From contig DASSXV010000010.1 of the NCBI GenBank assembly GCA_035703635.1, forward strand, positions 1 through 64,000: DNA of 64,000 nt. Reading direction: 5' to 3'. The stretch's first letter is position 1; each line of letters begins with the position of its first letter. The position numbers were made by a program, and so were the translations under genes. Positions 1-11,313 of this stretch are shown piece by piece. Below the pieces are notes generated by a model that ran no database searches, was not told where the DNA came from, and saw only the letters and a program-made list of their open reading frames with translations. This DNA comes from Trueperaceae bacterium. Its GTDB lineage: Bacteria > Deinococcota > Deinococci > Deinococcales > Trueperaceae.

Positions 1-1025
1 CTGCTGCGCAGGGCCTTGATCTCGTACCGCGCGCTGGCGGCGGCAGCCGCGCGCGCGTCCGCCACCGCCCGTTCGGGCCACGCTCCGACGTAAGTGGCGC
101 GCTCTGCCTGGCTCATGCCCGCCGCCACGCTGCTTGCCAGGTGGAAGGCGGCGGCGTAACGCACTACCGAGGCATCGCACGTGAGGCCGGCTAGGAGCCC
201 GATGGCCTCTGCCTCTGCTTCCTGAGCGAAACCTGCGACGTGGGCGAGCTCATGCAGCGCCACCGCCAAGCCTGACGTCGGCGGCAGGCCGGCGTCGACG
301 TGCGGCTCGAGCAACCACGGACTGACGATGCCCGCGTAACCGAAGCGCAGCAACGTGCCGGGCGGCAGCGGCTTGACGCGAGTAGGCAGGGTCGGGGGCG
401 CCCCTTGGGCTAAGACGGTGGCTGGCAAGAACGCCTCGCGCACGCTCAAGGCAGCGGTCGCGACGCAGCGGCTGGCCGCGGCCTGAGCCTCGTGCGGCGG
501 CAGTCCCGCTTGCGCGCCGTCAGCGCCAGCGGTGGTGGTGCTGGTCAGCGCGGCAGCCGCGTTCAGCTCGCCGAGGGACCACGCTACGGCGCGGTCCAAG
601 TCGGACGGCGAGCTTGCGCCGACGGCCGCGCTCAAGCTCGAGGCGTGATACGCCAGACCGAACCCGAACGGGAACCAGCCGCCGAGCACGGCGACGATCC
701 AGGCCGCTGGCGCGAGGAGCGGCCGCCACGGGCTGCTCGATCCCTTGGCGGCACGCCGCGGCGCTACCAGTGCCGTAACGGCGCCGGCGGCCAGCACGCT
801 AAGTGAGAGGCCGACGAGAACGTAGCTCAAGCTGAACGTCATGTCGCCGCTCAAGGCCGCGGCCGCGCGCTGCCATAGCGGCAACCACCGCGCGACGTAG
901 ACGCGGTCGATCCAGGCCGCTGGCCACGGGATGAACTGCACGGCTATGCCAACGAGCGCTACCGCTGCGGCCAGCCAGTAGGACAGGCCGGGCGTTCGCC
1001 TGCTGCCAGTGCGTCTACCGTCCAC
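1..1025 (-). CDS. DUF3810-like membrane-anchored putative zinc metalloprotein (3' end runs off the window)
   Basis: Not in the ORF track; translated by hand from GTG at 1025: MDGRRTGSRRTPGLSYWLAAAVALVGIAVQFIPWP..., hydrophobic N-terminal segments, then GYAGIVSPWLLEPHV...ALHELAHVAGFAQEAEAE (HExxH plus downstream E). Overlaps the ABC-F stop. Confidence 0.7.
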   Translation of the reverse strand, partial: MDGRRTGSRRTPGLSYWLAAAVALVGIAVQFIPWPAAWIDRVYVARWLPLWQRAAAALSGDMTFSLSYVLVGLSLSVLAAGAVTALVAPRRAAKGSSSPWRPLLAPAAWIVAVLGGWFPFGFGLAYHASSLSAAVGASSPSDLDRAVAWSLGELNAAAALTSTTTAGADGAQAGLPPHEAQAAASRCVATAALSVREAFLPATVLAQGAPPTLPTRVKPLPPGTLLRFGYAGIVSPWLLEPHVDAGLPPTSGLAVALHELAHVAGFAQEAEAEAIGLLAGLTCDASVVRYAAAFHLASSVAAGMSQAERATYVGAWPERAVADARAAAAASARYEIKALRS

Positions 1026-3297
1026 CGCGCCCTCGCCTCCGCGCCCTTCCGGCGCGCCGGGTCCTGCCGGTCTGTGCTGGCCTCTCGCGCGCCGCGCCCC
1101 AGCCTTCTGCGCGCAGGAAGTGGCCCAGGTCCGCGGTGTGCCAGTCGTCGCCCGCAGCCATCAACCACCGCGAACTGAACGGCTCGACACTCTGGAACTG
1201 CACGGCGCTGGCGCCGAGGACCGTGAAGGCCAGGCGCACCGCCGCGTCTACGAGGGCGCTGCGTGAGCGCTCGAGGAGGCAGGCAGCGGCGGGCTCGCGC
1301 AGGCGCAGGTGCGCGACGGTGCCGATGAGCGCCACCTCGACGCCCGCGGCCGCCGCACTAGCTACGCTCTCGTCGTCAGGTGCGTAGCCGCGTAAGTGGA
1401 GCTCGAGGCGTCCTCCAACTAGGTCACCTACGACCGCGAGGCCGTGCTCGACCACGCGGTAACGCGGTAGCGCCTCTGGCAACCGAGCGGCGTAATGTTC
1501 CATGAGCTCGTCCTCGATGACCTCGATGCGGCGGCGGAGGCGGACGGAGTCGCGCTCGGACAACAGCAGCGGGTCGGCCAGCGATCTGAGCAGGGCAACG
1601 CGCTCGTCCTCCAGGCTGGATACGAGCTCGTCGTCGGCCGGCTGCGGTTCTGGGGAGGCAACGACCTCGCCCGCGACCGGCAGAGCGGTCGCGGCAGCGA
1701 GGGGATCGTTGCGGAGGTATGCCGCCACGTCGCGGTAACGAACGAGCTGCCTATCCTGTACGGACCAAACGACCTCACCGACCTTCTCGGCAAGGCGCCG
1801 GTCGTGAGTGGCGAGCAGCACAGCGGCGCCACTCGCGTCCAACGCCTCCGTCAGCTGCGCCTCGAACGCTTCGACGGCTTCGAGGTCGAGGTCGTTAGTC
1901 GGCTCGTCCAAAAGCCACAAGTCGCTGCGGTGAGCGAAGGCGAGCGCCAGGCCCGCTCGCGCTCGCTCCCCGCCAGAGCCCTGTGCGGGGAGCAGGTCCC
2001 ATGCGCGTGGTGGCACTCCCGCCTCCGCCAACAGCTTCGCTGCCTTGCCGCCCCCTACCGCGGCGGCCACTTGGGCGAGGAGCGAAACGTCAGGCTCCAA
2101 CCCTCTCTCGACCTGATCGACGAGCCGCAGTTTCAGGCCGGGCAGGTAGCTGACTTCCGTCAGGGGTCCCACCGAGGTGAGGTCGCCAGCGAGCAACCGC
2201 ACGACGCTGCTCTTGCCGCTGCCGTTAGGCCCGAGCAGCACGATGCGCTCGCCGCGGCGGACGCTGAACGTCACGTCGTCGAGGACGCCTGGCATGGTCG
2301 CGTGCCCCACGCTGACGAGGGTGTCAACCCGCCCGCCGGTGCGGCCTGCCTGGTCGCGCACGAGGACGGGAGAGGGGGTGCGCGTGTGCTGCTCGCCTGT
2401 TGCCGCGAGCGTGCGGAGCGCCACGCTCTGCCTTTCGGCGCGCCGCTTCCTCGCCGCGGCTTTGCGCCCGAACGTCGCCAGCTCGGCGGCCATGCGCTCA
2501 AGACGGTCGGCTTCGCGACCTTGCTCGCGGGCGCGCTTCAAGCTACTTCGCTTGAGCGCTTCGCGCCTGCGCCGCGCCACGCTGTACGCCCCACGCTCTG
2601 GCCACAGACGCCCTCCTGCCAGGAACGCGCTGCGGTTCGTGGCCGCGTCGAGTAGCGCGCGGTCGTGGCTGATGACGACGACCGCGCCATCGTGCGCGCT
2701 CAAGCGCCGCGCCAGCCACTCGCGCGCGGCGAGGTCGAGATGGTTCGTTGGTTCGTCGAGGAGCAGCACGTCGGCCGCGCGCACGAGGGTGAGCGCTAGG
2801 GCCAGGCGCCTGCGCTGGCCAGCAGAGAGGTGCCTCACCTCACGCTCTAGTTCGCCGCCTAGGCCAAGTGACGCCATTATCTCGCGCGCCCGCGCCTCCG
2901 CGGCGTAGCCGCCGATGCGCTCGAACTCGTGCAGGACGGCGTCGTACTGCGCGCCGTCCGCTTCCCCAGCCGCCATGCGCCGTTCAAGGAGCCGCAACTC
3001 AGCTTCTAGCTCGTGCGCTCGCTGGGTAGAGGTGTGCACCGCGTCGGCCACGGTCGGCCCGGGTAGTTGGGCGTCGCTCTGAGAGAGAAGCCCGATGCTC
3101 ACGCCAGGCGCGCGGCGCACGCTGCCGCTGCTCGGCGCCAGCTCGGCAGCCAGCAAGCGTAGCAGCGTGCTCTTGCCACTACCGTTGGCGCCGACCAACC
3201 CAACGCGGTCGCCAGTCGCGAGGCGGAGGTCGACGCCAGCGAACAGTTCCGCCCCCGCCACGTCGAACGCGACGTTGGCGGCGCTCAGCAGCTCCAC
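1015..3297 (-). CDS. ABC-F family ATPase with C-terminal extension
   Basis: Two ABC cassettes (GANGSGKS/LSAGQ/LLLDEPTNHLD and GPNGSGKS/SGGE/LLDEPTNDLD), charged inter-domain linker, no TM segments. Confidence 0.9.
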   Translation of the reverse strand: MELLSAANVAFDVAGAELFAGVDLRLATGDRVGLVGANGSGKSTLLRLLAAELAPSSGSVRRAPGVSIGLLSQSDAQLPGPTVADAVHTSTQRAHELEAELRLLERRMAAGEADGAQYDAVLHEFERIGGYAAEARAREIMASLGLGGELEREVRHLSAGQRRRLALALTLVRAADVLLLDEPTNHLDLAAREWLARRLSAHDGAVVVISHDRALLDAATNRSAFLAGGRLWPERGAYSVARRRREALKRSSLKRAREQGREADRLERMAAELATFGRKAAARKRRAERQSVALRTLAATGEQHTRTPSPVLVRDQAGRTGGRVDTLVSVGHATMPGVLDDVTFSVRRGERIVLLGPNGSGKSSVVRLLAGDLTSVGPLTEVSYLPGLKLRLVDQVERGLEPDVSLLAQVAAAVGGGKAAKLLAEAGVPPRAWDLLPAQGSGGERARAGLALAFAHRSDLWLLDEPTNDLDLEAVEAFEAQLTEALDASGAAVLLATHDRRLAEKVGEVVWSVQDRQLVRYRDVAAYLRNDPLAAATALPVAGEVVASPEPQPADDELVSSLEDERVALLRSLADPLLLSERDSVRLRRRIEVIEDELMEHYAARLPEALPRYRVVEHGLAVVGDLVGGRLELHLRGYAPDDESVASAAAAGVEVALIGTVAHLRLREPAAACLLERSRSALVDAAVRLAFTVLGASAVQFQSVEPFSSRWLMAAGDDWHTADLGHFLRAEGWGAARERPAQTGRTRRAGRARRRGRGGR

Positions 3298-3401
3298 GGA
3301 CCCGACCGTGCAGCCATGTGCAAGGAGATCACTGCCTCATCTTAGCCGCGCGGGTAGCCGCCAGCCTGAGGTGGCGACGCCGCTGAAGCTATGCTCGGGG
3401 C

Positions 3402-3740
3402 GTGAAACGCTTCACGGGCCGCGGCGCCAACCAACCGTTCACTTGCGCCGAGTGCGGTGCGGCCGTACCGCCTCTGGCCGGCGGCGGGTACCGCAATCAC
3501 TGCCCCCTCTGCCTCCACTCGCTGCACGTCGACGTGAACCCGGGAGACCGCGCCAACCCTTGCCGTGGCGTGCTCGAGCCGGTAGCGGTGGAGCACAGCG
3601 CCAAGAAGGGCTGGGTCATCGTGCACCGTTGCAGGACCTGCGGCGAACTCAGCCGCAACCGCGCGGCCCTCGAGGACCAAGAGCACCCAGACGACTTCGA
3701 CGTCATCGTGACGCTAGCGAGTGGCGGGCTGGCACCCTGA
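3402..3740 (+). CDS. RNHCP domain protein (Cys/His-rich, putative Zn-binding)
   Basis: CAECG, YRNHCPLCLHSLHVD, GDRA, HRCRTCG motifs; TATGCT 6 nt upstream of GTG. Confidence 0.9.
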   Translation: MKRFTGRGANQPFTCAECGAAVPPLAGGGYRNHCPLCLHSLHVDVNPGDRANPCRGVLEPVAVEHSAKKGWVIVHRCRTCGELSRNRAALEDQEHPDDFDVIVTLASGGLAP

Positions 3741-3786
3741 GCGCACCCGGCCGACTGGTACGCTGGGCAGCACCAAGGAGCCGATC

Positions 3787-4563
3787 ATGAGCTACAACTA
3801 CGTGACGCTGGAAGAGCAGGGTGGCGCGTTGCGCGTCGGCCTGAACCGACCCGAGGTACTCAACGCCCTCAGCCTCGAGCTGCTTACCGAACTAGCGCAG
3901 GTCCTCACCGGCCCTGCCGCGGAGGATCACGTGCGCGCCGTGTTGATTACTGGCAACGGCCGCGGCTTCTGCGCGGGCGCGGACTTGGCCGCCACGCCAG
4001 TAGACGGTGACATCGGCCGCATGCTCGAGGCGCACTACCACCCGGTCGTGCGCGGGATCGCCGCGCTGCGCAAGCCGGTGATCGCCGGTGTGAACGGTGT
4101 CGCCGCTGGCGCGGGCCTCAGCCTCGCGGCAGCTTGCGACATGCGCATCGCGTCGGCCACCGCTACCTTCACGCTCGGGTTCACGGGCATAGGCTTGGCC
4201 CTCGATGCTGGCAGCAGCTACTACCTCAGCCGCCTCATCGGGCCCGGTAGGACGTACGAGTTAGCCTTGACCAATCGCAGGGTCGACGCGAGCGAGGCTC
4301 TCGCCATGGGCCTCGCCGAGAAGGTGATCTCCCACGAGAGCTACGACTTGGAGGTGATGGCCGAGGTCGTCACCATCGCGCAGGGGCCAACGCGCGCCTT
4401 CGCGCTCGTGAAAGAGGAGCTCAGGGCCGCGCTCGACAACGGCCTCGAGGCGCAACTCGAGGTCGAGGCGCGAGCCCAAACGGCGGCGGCCACTTCCGAA
4501 GACGCGCGTGAAGGCGTTACCGCCTTCAAAGAGAAGCGCGCACCGCGCTACAGGGGGCAGTGA
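3787..4563 (+). CDS. Enoyl-CoA hydratase/isomerase (crotonase, PaaG-like)
   Basis: LNRPEVLNAL, FCAGADL, NGVAAGAG, AFKEKRAPRY; start moved to ATG 3787 after SD AAGGAG. Confidence 0.9.
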   Translation: MSYNYVTLEEQGGALRVGLNRPEVLNALSLELLTELAQVLTGPAAEDHVRAVLITGNGRGFCAGADLAATPVDGDIGRMLEAHYHPVVRGIAALRKPVIAGVNGVAAGAGLSLAAACDMRIASATATFTLGFTGIGLALDAGSSYYLSRLIGPGRTYELALTNRRVDASEALAMGLAEKVISHESYDLEVMAEVVTIAQGPTRAFALVKEELRAALDNGLEAQLEVEARAQTAAATSEDAREGVTAFKEKRAPRYRGQ

Positions 4564-6144
4564 ATGCCGACGGCCGACACCATCCTTTACGGCTCAGTGC
4601 TAACCATGGACCCGTCGCGGCCCCGCGCCTCCGGCGTGGCGTTGGCTGGTGGTCGCATCGTCGCCATCGGCGAGGCAAACGAACTGCACGAGGTCGCGGG
4701 ACCAGGGACGCGGATCATCGACTTCGGCTCAGCCTGCCTCATGCCGGGGTTTCACGACGCGCACGTGCACCTGACGCGCCACGGCATCGAGCTCGACTAC
4801 CTCGACCTCAGCACGGTTTCGAGCTTGCAGGCGGCATCCCAGCTCCTGCGCGAGCGCGCGGCGGCCACGCCACATGACGACTGGGTCATCGCTACGGGCT
4901 TCGGATTGCAACGGTGGGGCCTCGCTACCATCGGAGGCGACGAGCGAGACGTGCTGGAGGGAGCAACCCTCGGCCGCAAGGTCCTCATGCACAGCCAGGA
5001 CCACCACTCGGCCTGGGCGAGCAGCGCTGCTCTTGCCGCGGCAGGCGTGAGCGCGGCTACCCAGACGGGTCAGGGCGCCGTCATCGTGTTGGCTGATGAC
5101 GGTGGACCAAGCGGCTTACTGCTGGAGGACGCCGTTGACCTCGTGTCAGGCGCCGTTCCCGCCCTCACACGTGACCAACTCCGCGCGGCTCTGCGTAGGG
5201 CGGCTGAGCACCTATCCTCGCTTGGAGTCACTACCGTTCACCACATGGCGGCCGAGGGCGCGGCCTTGTGGCGCGAGCTGGCGCTCGAGGCGAGCGACGA
5301 CGCTTACGCTCTGCGCGTATGGGCGTGCATCCCACACGCTGACATCGAGGCGGCCGCGGCCATCGGCCTGGCCACCAACCAGGGTGGAAGCAACTTCAGG
5401 GTCGGGGGCGCCAAGTTCTTCGCTGACGGCGCGTTGGGTAGTCGGACGGCGTGGATGCTCGAGCCGTACTCAGGCACCTCTAACGTCGGCATGGCGATGG
5501 ACGGGCCAGACGTCCTGAACGCGCGCGTGCCCCTCGCGCTGGCCGCTGGCCTCACGCCCGTCATCCACGCCATCGGCGACGCGGCGACCCGCGCCGCACT
5601 CGACGTGTTCGAGGCAACGCAGGAGCAGTGGCGCGCCTTGGGTCTGCGGCCGCGGCTCGAGCACGCCCAGCACCTTCATCCCACGGACGTGGCGCGCGCG
5701 GGGCGACTCGGGATAGTGGCGTCCATGCAGCCCATCCACCTCACGTTCGATATCGCCTCGATCGAGGCGCTGCTCGGTGACAGGCTGGACCGCGCTTACG
5801 CCATGCGCTCCTTGGCCCGCGCGGGTGCCGTGCTCGCGTTCGGCTCCGACACGCCGGTCGCACCACCTGACGTGTTCGAGGGACTGCGGGCCGCCTGCCG
5901 CCGAGCCGACAAGGCGGGGCGCCGGCTCGCAGCCGCCGAAGCGCTGTCGCCGGATGCGGCCCTAGCCGCCTACACGACGGGCGCCGCCTACGCCATCCAG
6001 GCGGAGGGACGTTCTGGCGCACTGAAACCCGGTTACGACGCGGACATCGTGGTTCTCGACCACGACCCGCTCGTTTCGCTCGACGCGCTGTCGGTGGTGG
6101 CGACCATCAAGGGCGGCGTGTTCACGTACGGCAACCCGACCTGA
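4564..6144 (+). CDS. Amidohydrolase family 3 (YtcJ-like) metal-dependent hydrolase
   Basis: PGFHDAHVH, KFFADGALGSRTA, HAIGD, RLEHAQ, FGSDTPV motifs. Confidence 0.88.
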   Translation: MPTADTILYGSVLTMDPSRPRASGVALAGGRIVAIGEANELHEVAGPGTRIIDFGSACLMPGFHDAHVHLTRHGIELDYLDLSTVSSLQAASQLLRERAAATPHDDWVIATGFGLQRWGLATIGGDERDVLEGATLGRKVLMHSQDHHSAWASSAALAAAGVSAATQTGQGAVIVLADDGGPSGLLLEDAVDLVSGAVPALTRDQLRAALRRAAEHLSSLGVTTVHHMAAEGAALWRELALEASDDAYALRVWACIPHADIEAAAAIGLATNQGGSNFRVGGAKFFADGALGSRTAWMLEPYSGTSNVGMAMDGPDVLNARVPLALAAGLTPVIHAIGDAATRAALDVFEATQEQWRALGLRPRLEHAQHLHPTDVARAGRLGIVASMQPIHLTFDIASIEALLGDRLDRAYAMRSLARAGAVLAFGSDTPVAPPDVFEGLRAACRRADKAGRRLAAAEALSPDAALAAYTTGAAYAIQAEGRSGALKPGYDADIVVLDHDPLVSLDALSVVATIKGGVFTYGNPT

Positions 6145-6150
6145 CCGGCG

Positions 6151-6891
6151 TTAGCGCGCGCTGAGCGGTAGTTCATGCACGAAGCCGCGCGGGCGGCGAC
6201 TGAGGATGAACGCGACGGCCTCGGCGAAGGCGCTGGCCGCGATCCAGCCGCTAGCGTCGCCGTTCGGCATGGCGGCGTGGTTGCCTGGGGTGTCGAACGC
6301 TCCCGCCGGCATGATGCAGCCGACGTTCACGCCCTCCTTGCCGACCTGCGCGGCTAGGGAGCGCAGGTACGCAACCAATGCGCCTTTGGCCGCGGCGTAG
6401 GCAACGGAGCCGGGTGCGGGGGAGATGGCGGCCGCTGCCCCAACGGCAACTATGGCGCCTGAACGCGCGGCCAGCATGTCTGGGAGCACTGCAGAGATGG
6501 CGTTCACCGCGCTGCGCAGGTTGCCGTCCAGGGTGCGCTCGAGCGCGGCCGCAGTGGCGCTTGGGCCAGCGTTCGCGGCCGGCCCCCCTTCGAAGCGGCC
6601 GGCTAGGTGCACGAGCGCCGTAGCCTTACCCAGCTCGGCGCGCACCTTCGCGAAGGCGGTCTCGACGGCCGCTGGCGACGCCAAGTCGACAGGGAAGGTG
6701 CGCACGTCAGCGCCAGAGGCCTGCAGTGCGGCGAAACGCGCCGCAGTAGTTCCCTCGTTGCCAGGGCGGGCCGTTAGGGCGACGCGCCAGCCGCGCTGCG
6801 CCAAGTACGGCACGACGGTCCCAGCTAGGTCTCCCCCTGCCCCGGTAACTACGACTAGGCCTGGCGCCGCCGACTCATCTGGAGTGCTCAT
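6151..6891 (-). CDS. Short-chain dehydrogenase/reductase
   Basis: VVTGAGGDLA Rossmann-like motif, YAAAK (YxxxK), FDTPGN. Confidence 0.85.
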   Translation of the reverse strand: MSTPDESAAPGLVVVTGAGGDLAGTVVPYLAQRGWRVALTARPGNEGTTAARFAALQASGADVRTFPVDLASPAAVETAFAKVRAELGKATALVHLAGRFEGGPAANAGPSATAAALERTLDGNLRSAVNAISAVLPDMLAARSGAIVAVGAAAAISPAPGSVAYAAAKGALVAYLRSLAAQVGKEGVNVGCIMPAGAFDTPGNHAAMPNGDASGWIAASAFAEAVAFILSRRPRGFVHELPLSAR

Positions 6892-6943
6892 GCGTAACCA
6901 TACGCCCGACCTAGCCGCGCGTGGTGGTTAGCTATACTCGCGC

Positions 6944-8242
6944 ATGCCCGCGCGCACCACAGACACAGATGTACCCACCACGCTAGCCGCGACCTCTGCA
7001 GCTGACGCCACACTGCTGCCACTGCTCGTGGCCGCGCGCAGCGCCGCGCGGGCGTTGGCGGGCAGCGACCGCCACGCCCTGCTCCTAGCGATAGCTGCCG
7101 GGCTCCGCGCGGACGCCGCCGCGGTGCTCGCCGCCAACGCTCTCGACGTCGAGGCCGAGCGCGCCAAAGGCACGAGCGCCGCGCTCGTCGACCGCCTCAC
7201 CCTCACCACGGAGCGCATCGAGGGCATGGCGAGAGCCGTCGTTCAGATCGCAGAGCTACCTGACCCCCTCGGCCGAGTGCTCGCGGGTTGGGAGACGGCC
7301 TCAGGGCTGCGCATGCGCCGCATCAGCGTGCCGTTCGGCGTGATCGGCATGGTTTACGAATCGCGGCCCAACGTGACGGTAGACGCCGCCGTGCTCGCCA
7401 TCAAGGCTGGTAGCGCCGCCGTGCTGCGCGGCTCGTCGAACGCGTTGGCGAGCAACCGCGCGTTGGCGACCAGCATGCGCTCTGCTCTTGCCGCCGCGGG
7501 CGCACCAGCCGCCGCCGTGCAGCTCATCGACTCGAAGGACCGCGCGCTCGTAACCGCGCTCCTCCGGGCGCGTGGGTACGTCGACCTCGTCATTCCGCGC
7601 GGTGGGGCTGGGCTCATCCGCCACGTCGTCGATACCGCGCGCGTGCCCGTCATCGAGACCGGCGTCGGCAACTGTCACATCTACGTCGACGACGGCGCCG
7701 ACCTCGAGGCCGCCCTCGCCATCGTCATGAACGCCAAGGTGCAGCGGCCAGGCGTGTGCAACGCGGTCGAGACGGTCCTCGTGCATCAGTCGGTCGCCGC
7801 CGCTTTCCTGCCGCGCCTGGCTGAGGCCTTGCGCGCCGCTAGTGTGACGCTCTACGGCTGCGAGGTAACTAGGGGCCTGGTTCCAGGCATCGAGCCAGCC
7901 ACGCCCGCCGAGTACGCCGAGGAGTTCCTCGACCTCACACTCGCGTTGCGGGTGGTAGACAACCTCGGCGACGCGCTCGCGCACATCGCGCGCTACGGCA
8001 CGCAGCACACCGAAGTCATCCTCACCCGCGACCTAGCGAGGGCCGAGCGCTTCCGCCGCGAGGTCGACGCCGCCGTCGTCGTCGTCAACGCCTCCTCGCG
8101 CTTCACTGATGGGTTCGAGTTCGGCTTCGGCGCCGAGATCGGCATCAGCACCCAGAAGCTGCATGCGCGCGGTCCCCTTGGGCTCGAGCAGCTCGTGACC
8201 TACAAGTACTTGGTGGACGGCGACGGCCAGACGCGGGCGTGA
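6944..8242 (+). CDS. proA: Gamma-glutamyl phosphate reductase
   Basis: YESRPNVT, IPRGG, GVGNCH, VCNAVET, NASSRFTDG, ISTQKLHARGP. Confidence 0.96.
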   Translation: MPARTTDTDVPTTLAATSAADATLLPLLVAARSAARALAGSDRHALLLAIAAGLRADAAAVLAANALDVEAERAKGTSAALVDRLTLTTERIEGMARAVVQIAELPDPLGRVLAGWETASGLRMRRISVPFGVIGMVYESRPNVTVDAAVLAIKAGSAAVLRGSSNALASNRALATSMRSALAAAGAPAAAVQLIDSKDRALVTALLRARGYVDLVIPRGGAGLIRHVVDTARVPVIETGVGNCHIYVDDGADLEAALAIVMNAKVQRPGVCNAVETVLVHQSVAAAFLPRLAEALRAASVTLYGCEVTRGLVPGIEPATPAEYAEEFLDLTLALRVVDNLGDALAHIARYGTQHTEVILTRDLARAERFRREVDAAVVVVNASSRFTDGFEFGFGAEIGISTQKLHARGPLGLEQLVTYKYLVDGDGQTRA

Positions 8243-8319
8243 GACGCGCACGCCCAAATCTCTTGGACGAACGCCTAGTTGAACAGCGAGAAAACTCCGT
8301 CCAGCACGGTAAGAACCGT

Positions 8320-10428
<2,109 letters not shown>

Positions 10429-10448
10429 CCACCAAGGCGACAAAGGTC

Positions 10449-10479
10449 AGGGCCCGCGCAGTTCGCCTGCGCGGGCCCT
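10449..10479. terminator. Hairpin between convergent gyrB and act operon
   Basis: Perfect 13-bp stem AGGGCCCGCGCAG / CTGCGCGGGCCCT with 5-nt loop; U-tract weak. Confidence 0.75.
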
Positions 10480-10500
10480 AAAACTAGCTACGAGGTGCGG

Positions 10501-11313
10501 CTACTGCAGCCCGGCCGCTGCGCGCGCGTCGTGGACTTCCGACATCGTCAACATCTTGGCCCGCGTTGCCGCGACGTCGTCAGCCGTGTACGGCGAGTAG
10601 TCGGCAGGCAAGTTGGCTTCGTTGCCCCACGCCTTCATGACGTAGTCGAGGATGGCCGCGATCTCGGCGTCCTGCAACTGCAAGTGAGAAGGCATGACGC
10701 CGTTGTAGGTCATGTTCGCGACGCTGATGCTGCCTTGCATGCCGAATACGACCGCGTCGAGAGGGAAATCACGGTCGGCCTTGTAGAGGTCAGGCGCATG
10801 CCCGGCGAGGGGCGGGAACGCCATGGGGATGCCCTGCCCAGTCGCCTGGTGACAGGCAGAGCAGGTGCTGACGAACAGCGCTTCGCCGTCTAGCGTCGCT
10901 GCGGTCTGCGTGGCAGCGCCGGCGGCTGGCGCGGCTGTAGCTGGCGCACCAACCGCTGGCGCACCTGCTGCGGTAGGCGCGCCAGCAGCGGCTGCAGGAG
11001 CGGCGGCCGCCGCCGTGGCGTCGAAGAAGCCGGGCTGCACGACGCCGCGCTGCGCCACGAGCGCCATGGCCTGGTTGATGTCGATGCGCGCCTTGCCGCC
11101 ACCCAAGTCCTCGTAGCCGGTGATGCTGGCCACCGCCGAGTTCAGCTGGCTTTGGAACACCGAGCCGTCGAGCACCTGGAAAGTGCCCTTCGGCTTCGAG
11201 GTGGCGAGGAAGAAGATCAGAGCGACAAGCGCTGCCATGCCGACGGTGCCGAGCAACACGGCCGCGCGCACTTGCTTCTCGCTGATCAAGTACCTACGGT
11301 TCTGGTCAGGCAT
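10501..11313 (-). CDS. Membrane-anchored ActG-like / cytochrome c552 fusion protein
   Basis: N-terminal TM helix; ITGYEDLGGGKARIDINQAMALV (ActG-like); Ala/Pro linker; CSACH...GQGIPMAFPPLAGH...YNGVM class I cytochrome c; last gene of the act operon. Confidence 0.8.
   Translation of the reverse strand: MPDQNRRYLISEKQVRAAVLLGTVGMAALVALIFFLATSKPKGTFQVLDGSVFQSQLNSAVASITGYEDLGGGKARIDINQAMALVAQRGVVQPGFFDATAAAAAPAAAAGAPTAAGAPAVGAPATAAPAAGAATQTAATLDGEALFVSTCSACHQATGQGIPMAFPPLAGHAPDLYKADRDFPLDAVVFGMQGSISVANMTYNGVMPSHLQLQDAEIAAILDYVMKAWGNEANLPADYSPYTADDVAATRAKMLTMSEVHDARAAAGLQ

Noticed and set aside
1495-2908. Long antisense ORFs (1495..2655, 2177..2908, and similar ones opposite actC, clpC and topA)
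   Set aside because: Shadow ORFs expected opposite high-GC genes; no motifs
10900-11020. Short imperfect DNA repeats (GCTGGCGCACC twice); similar ones in topA at about 40690-40800
   Set aside because: Explained by low-complexity protein linkers; no repeat-spacer structure, not CRISPR
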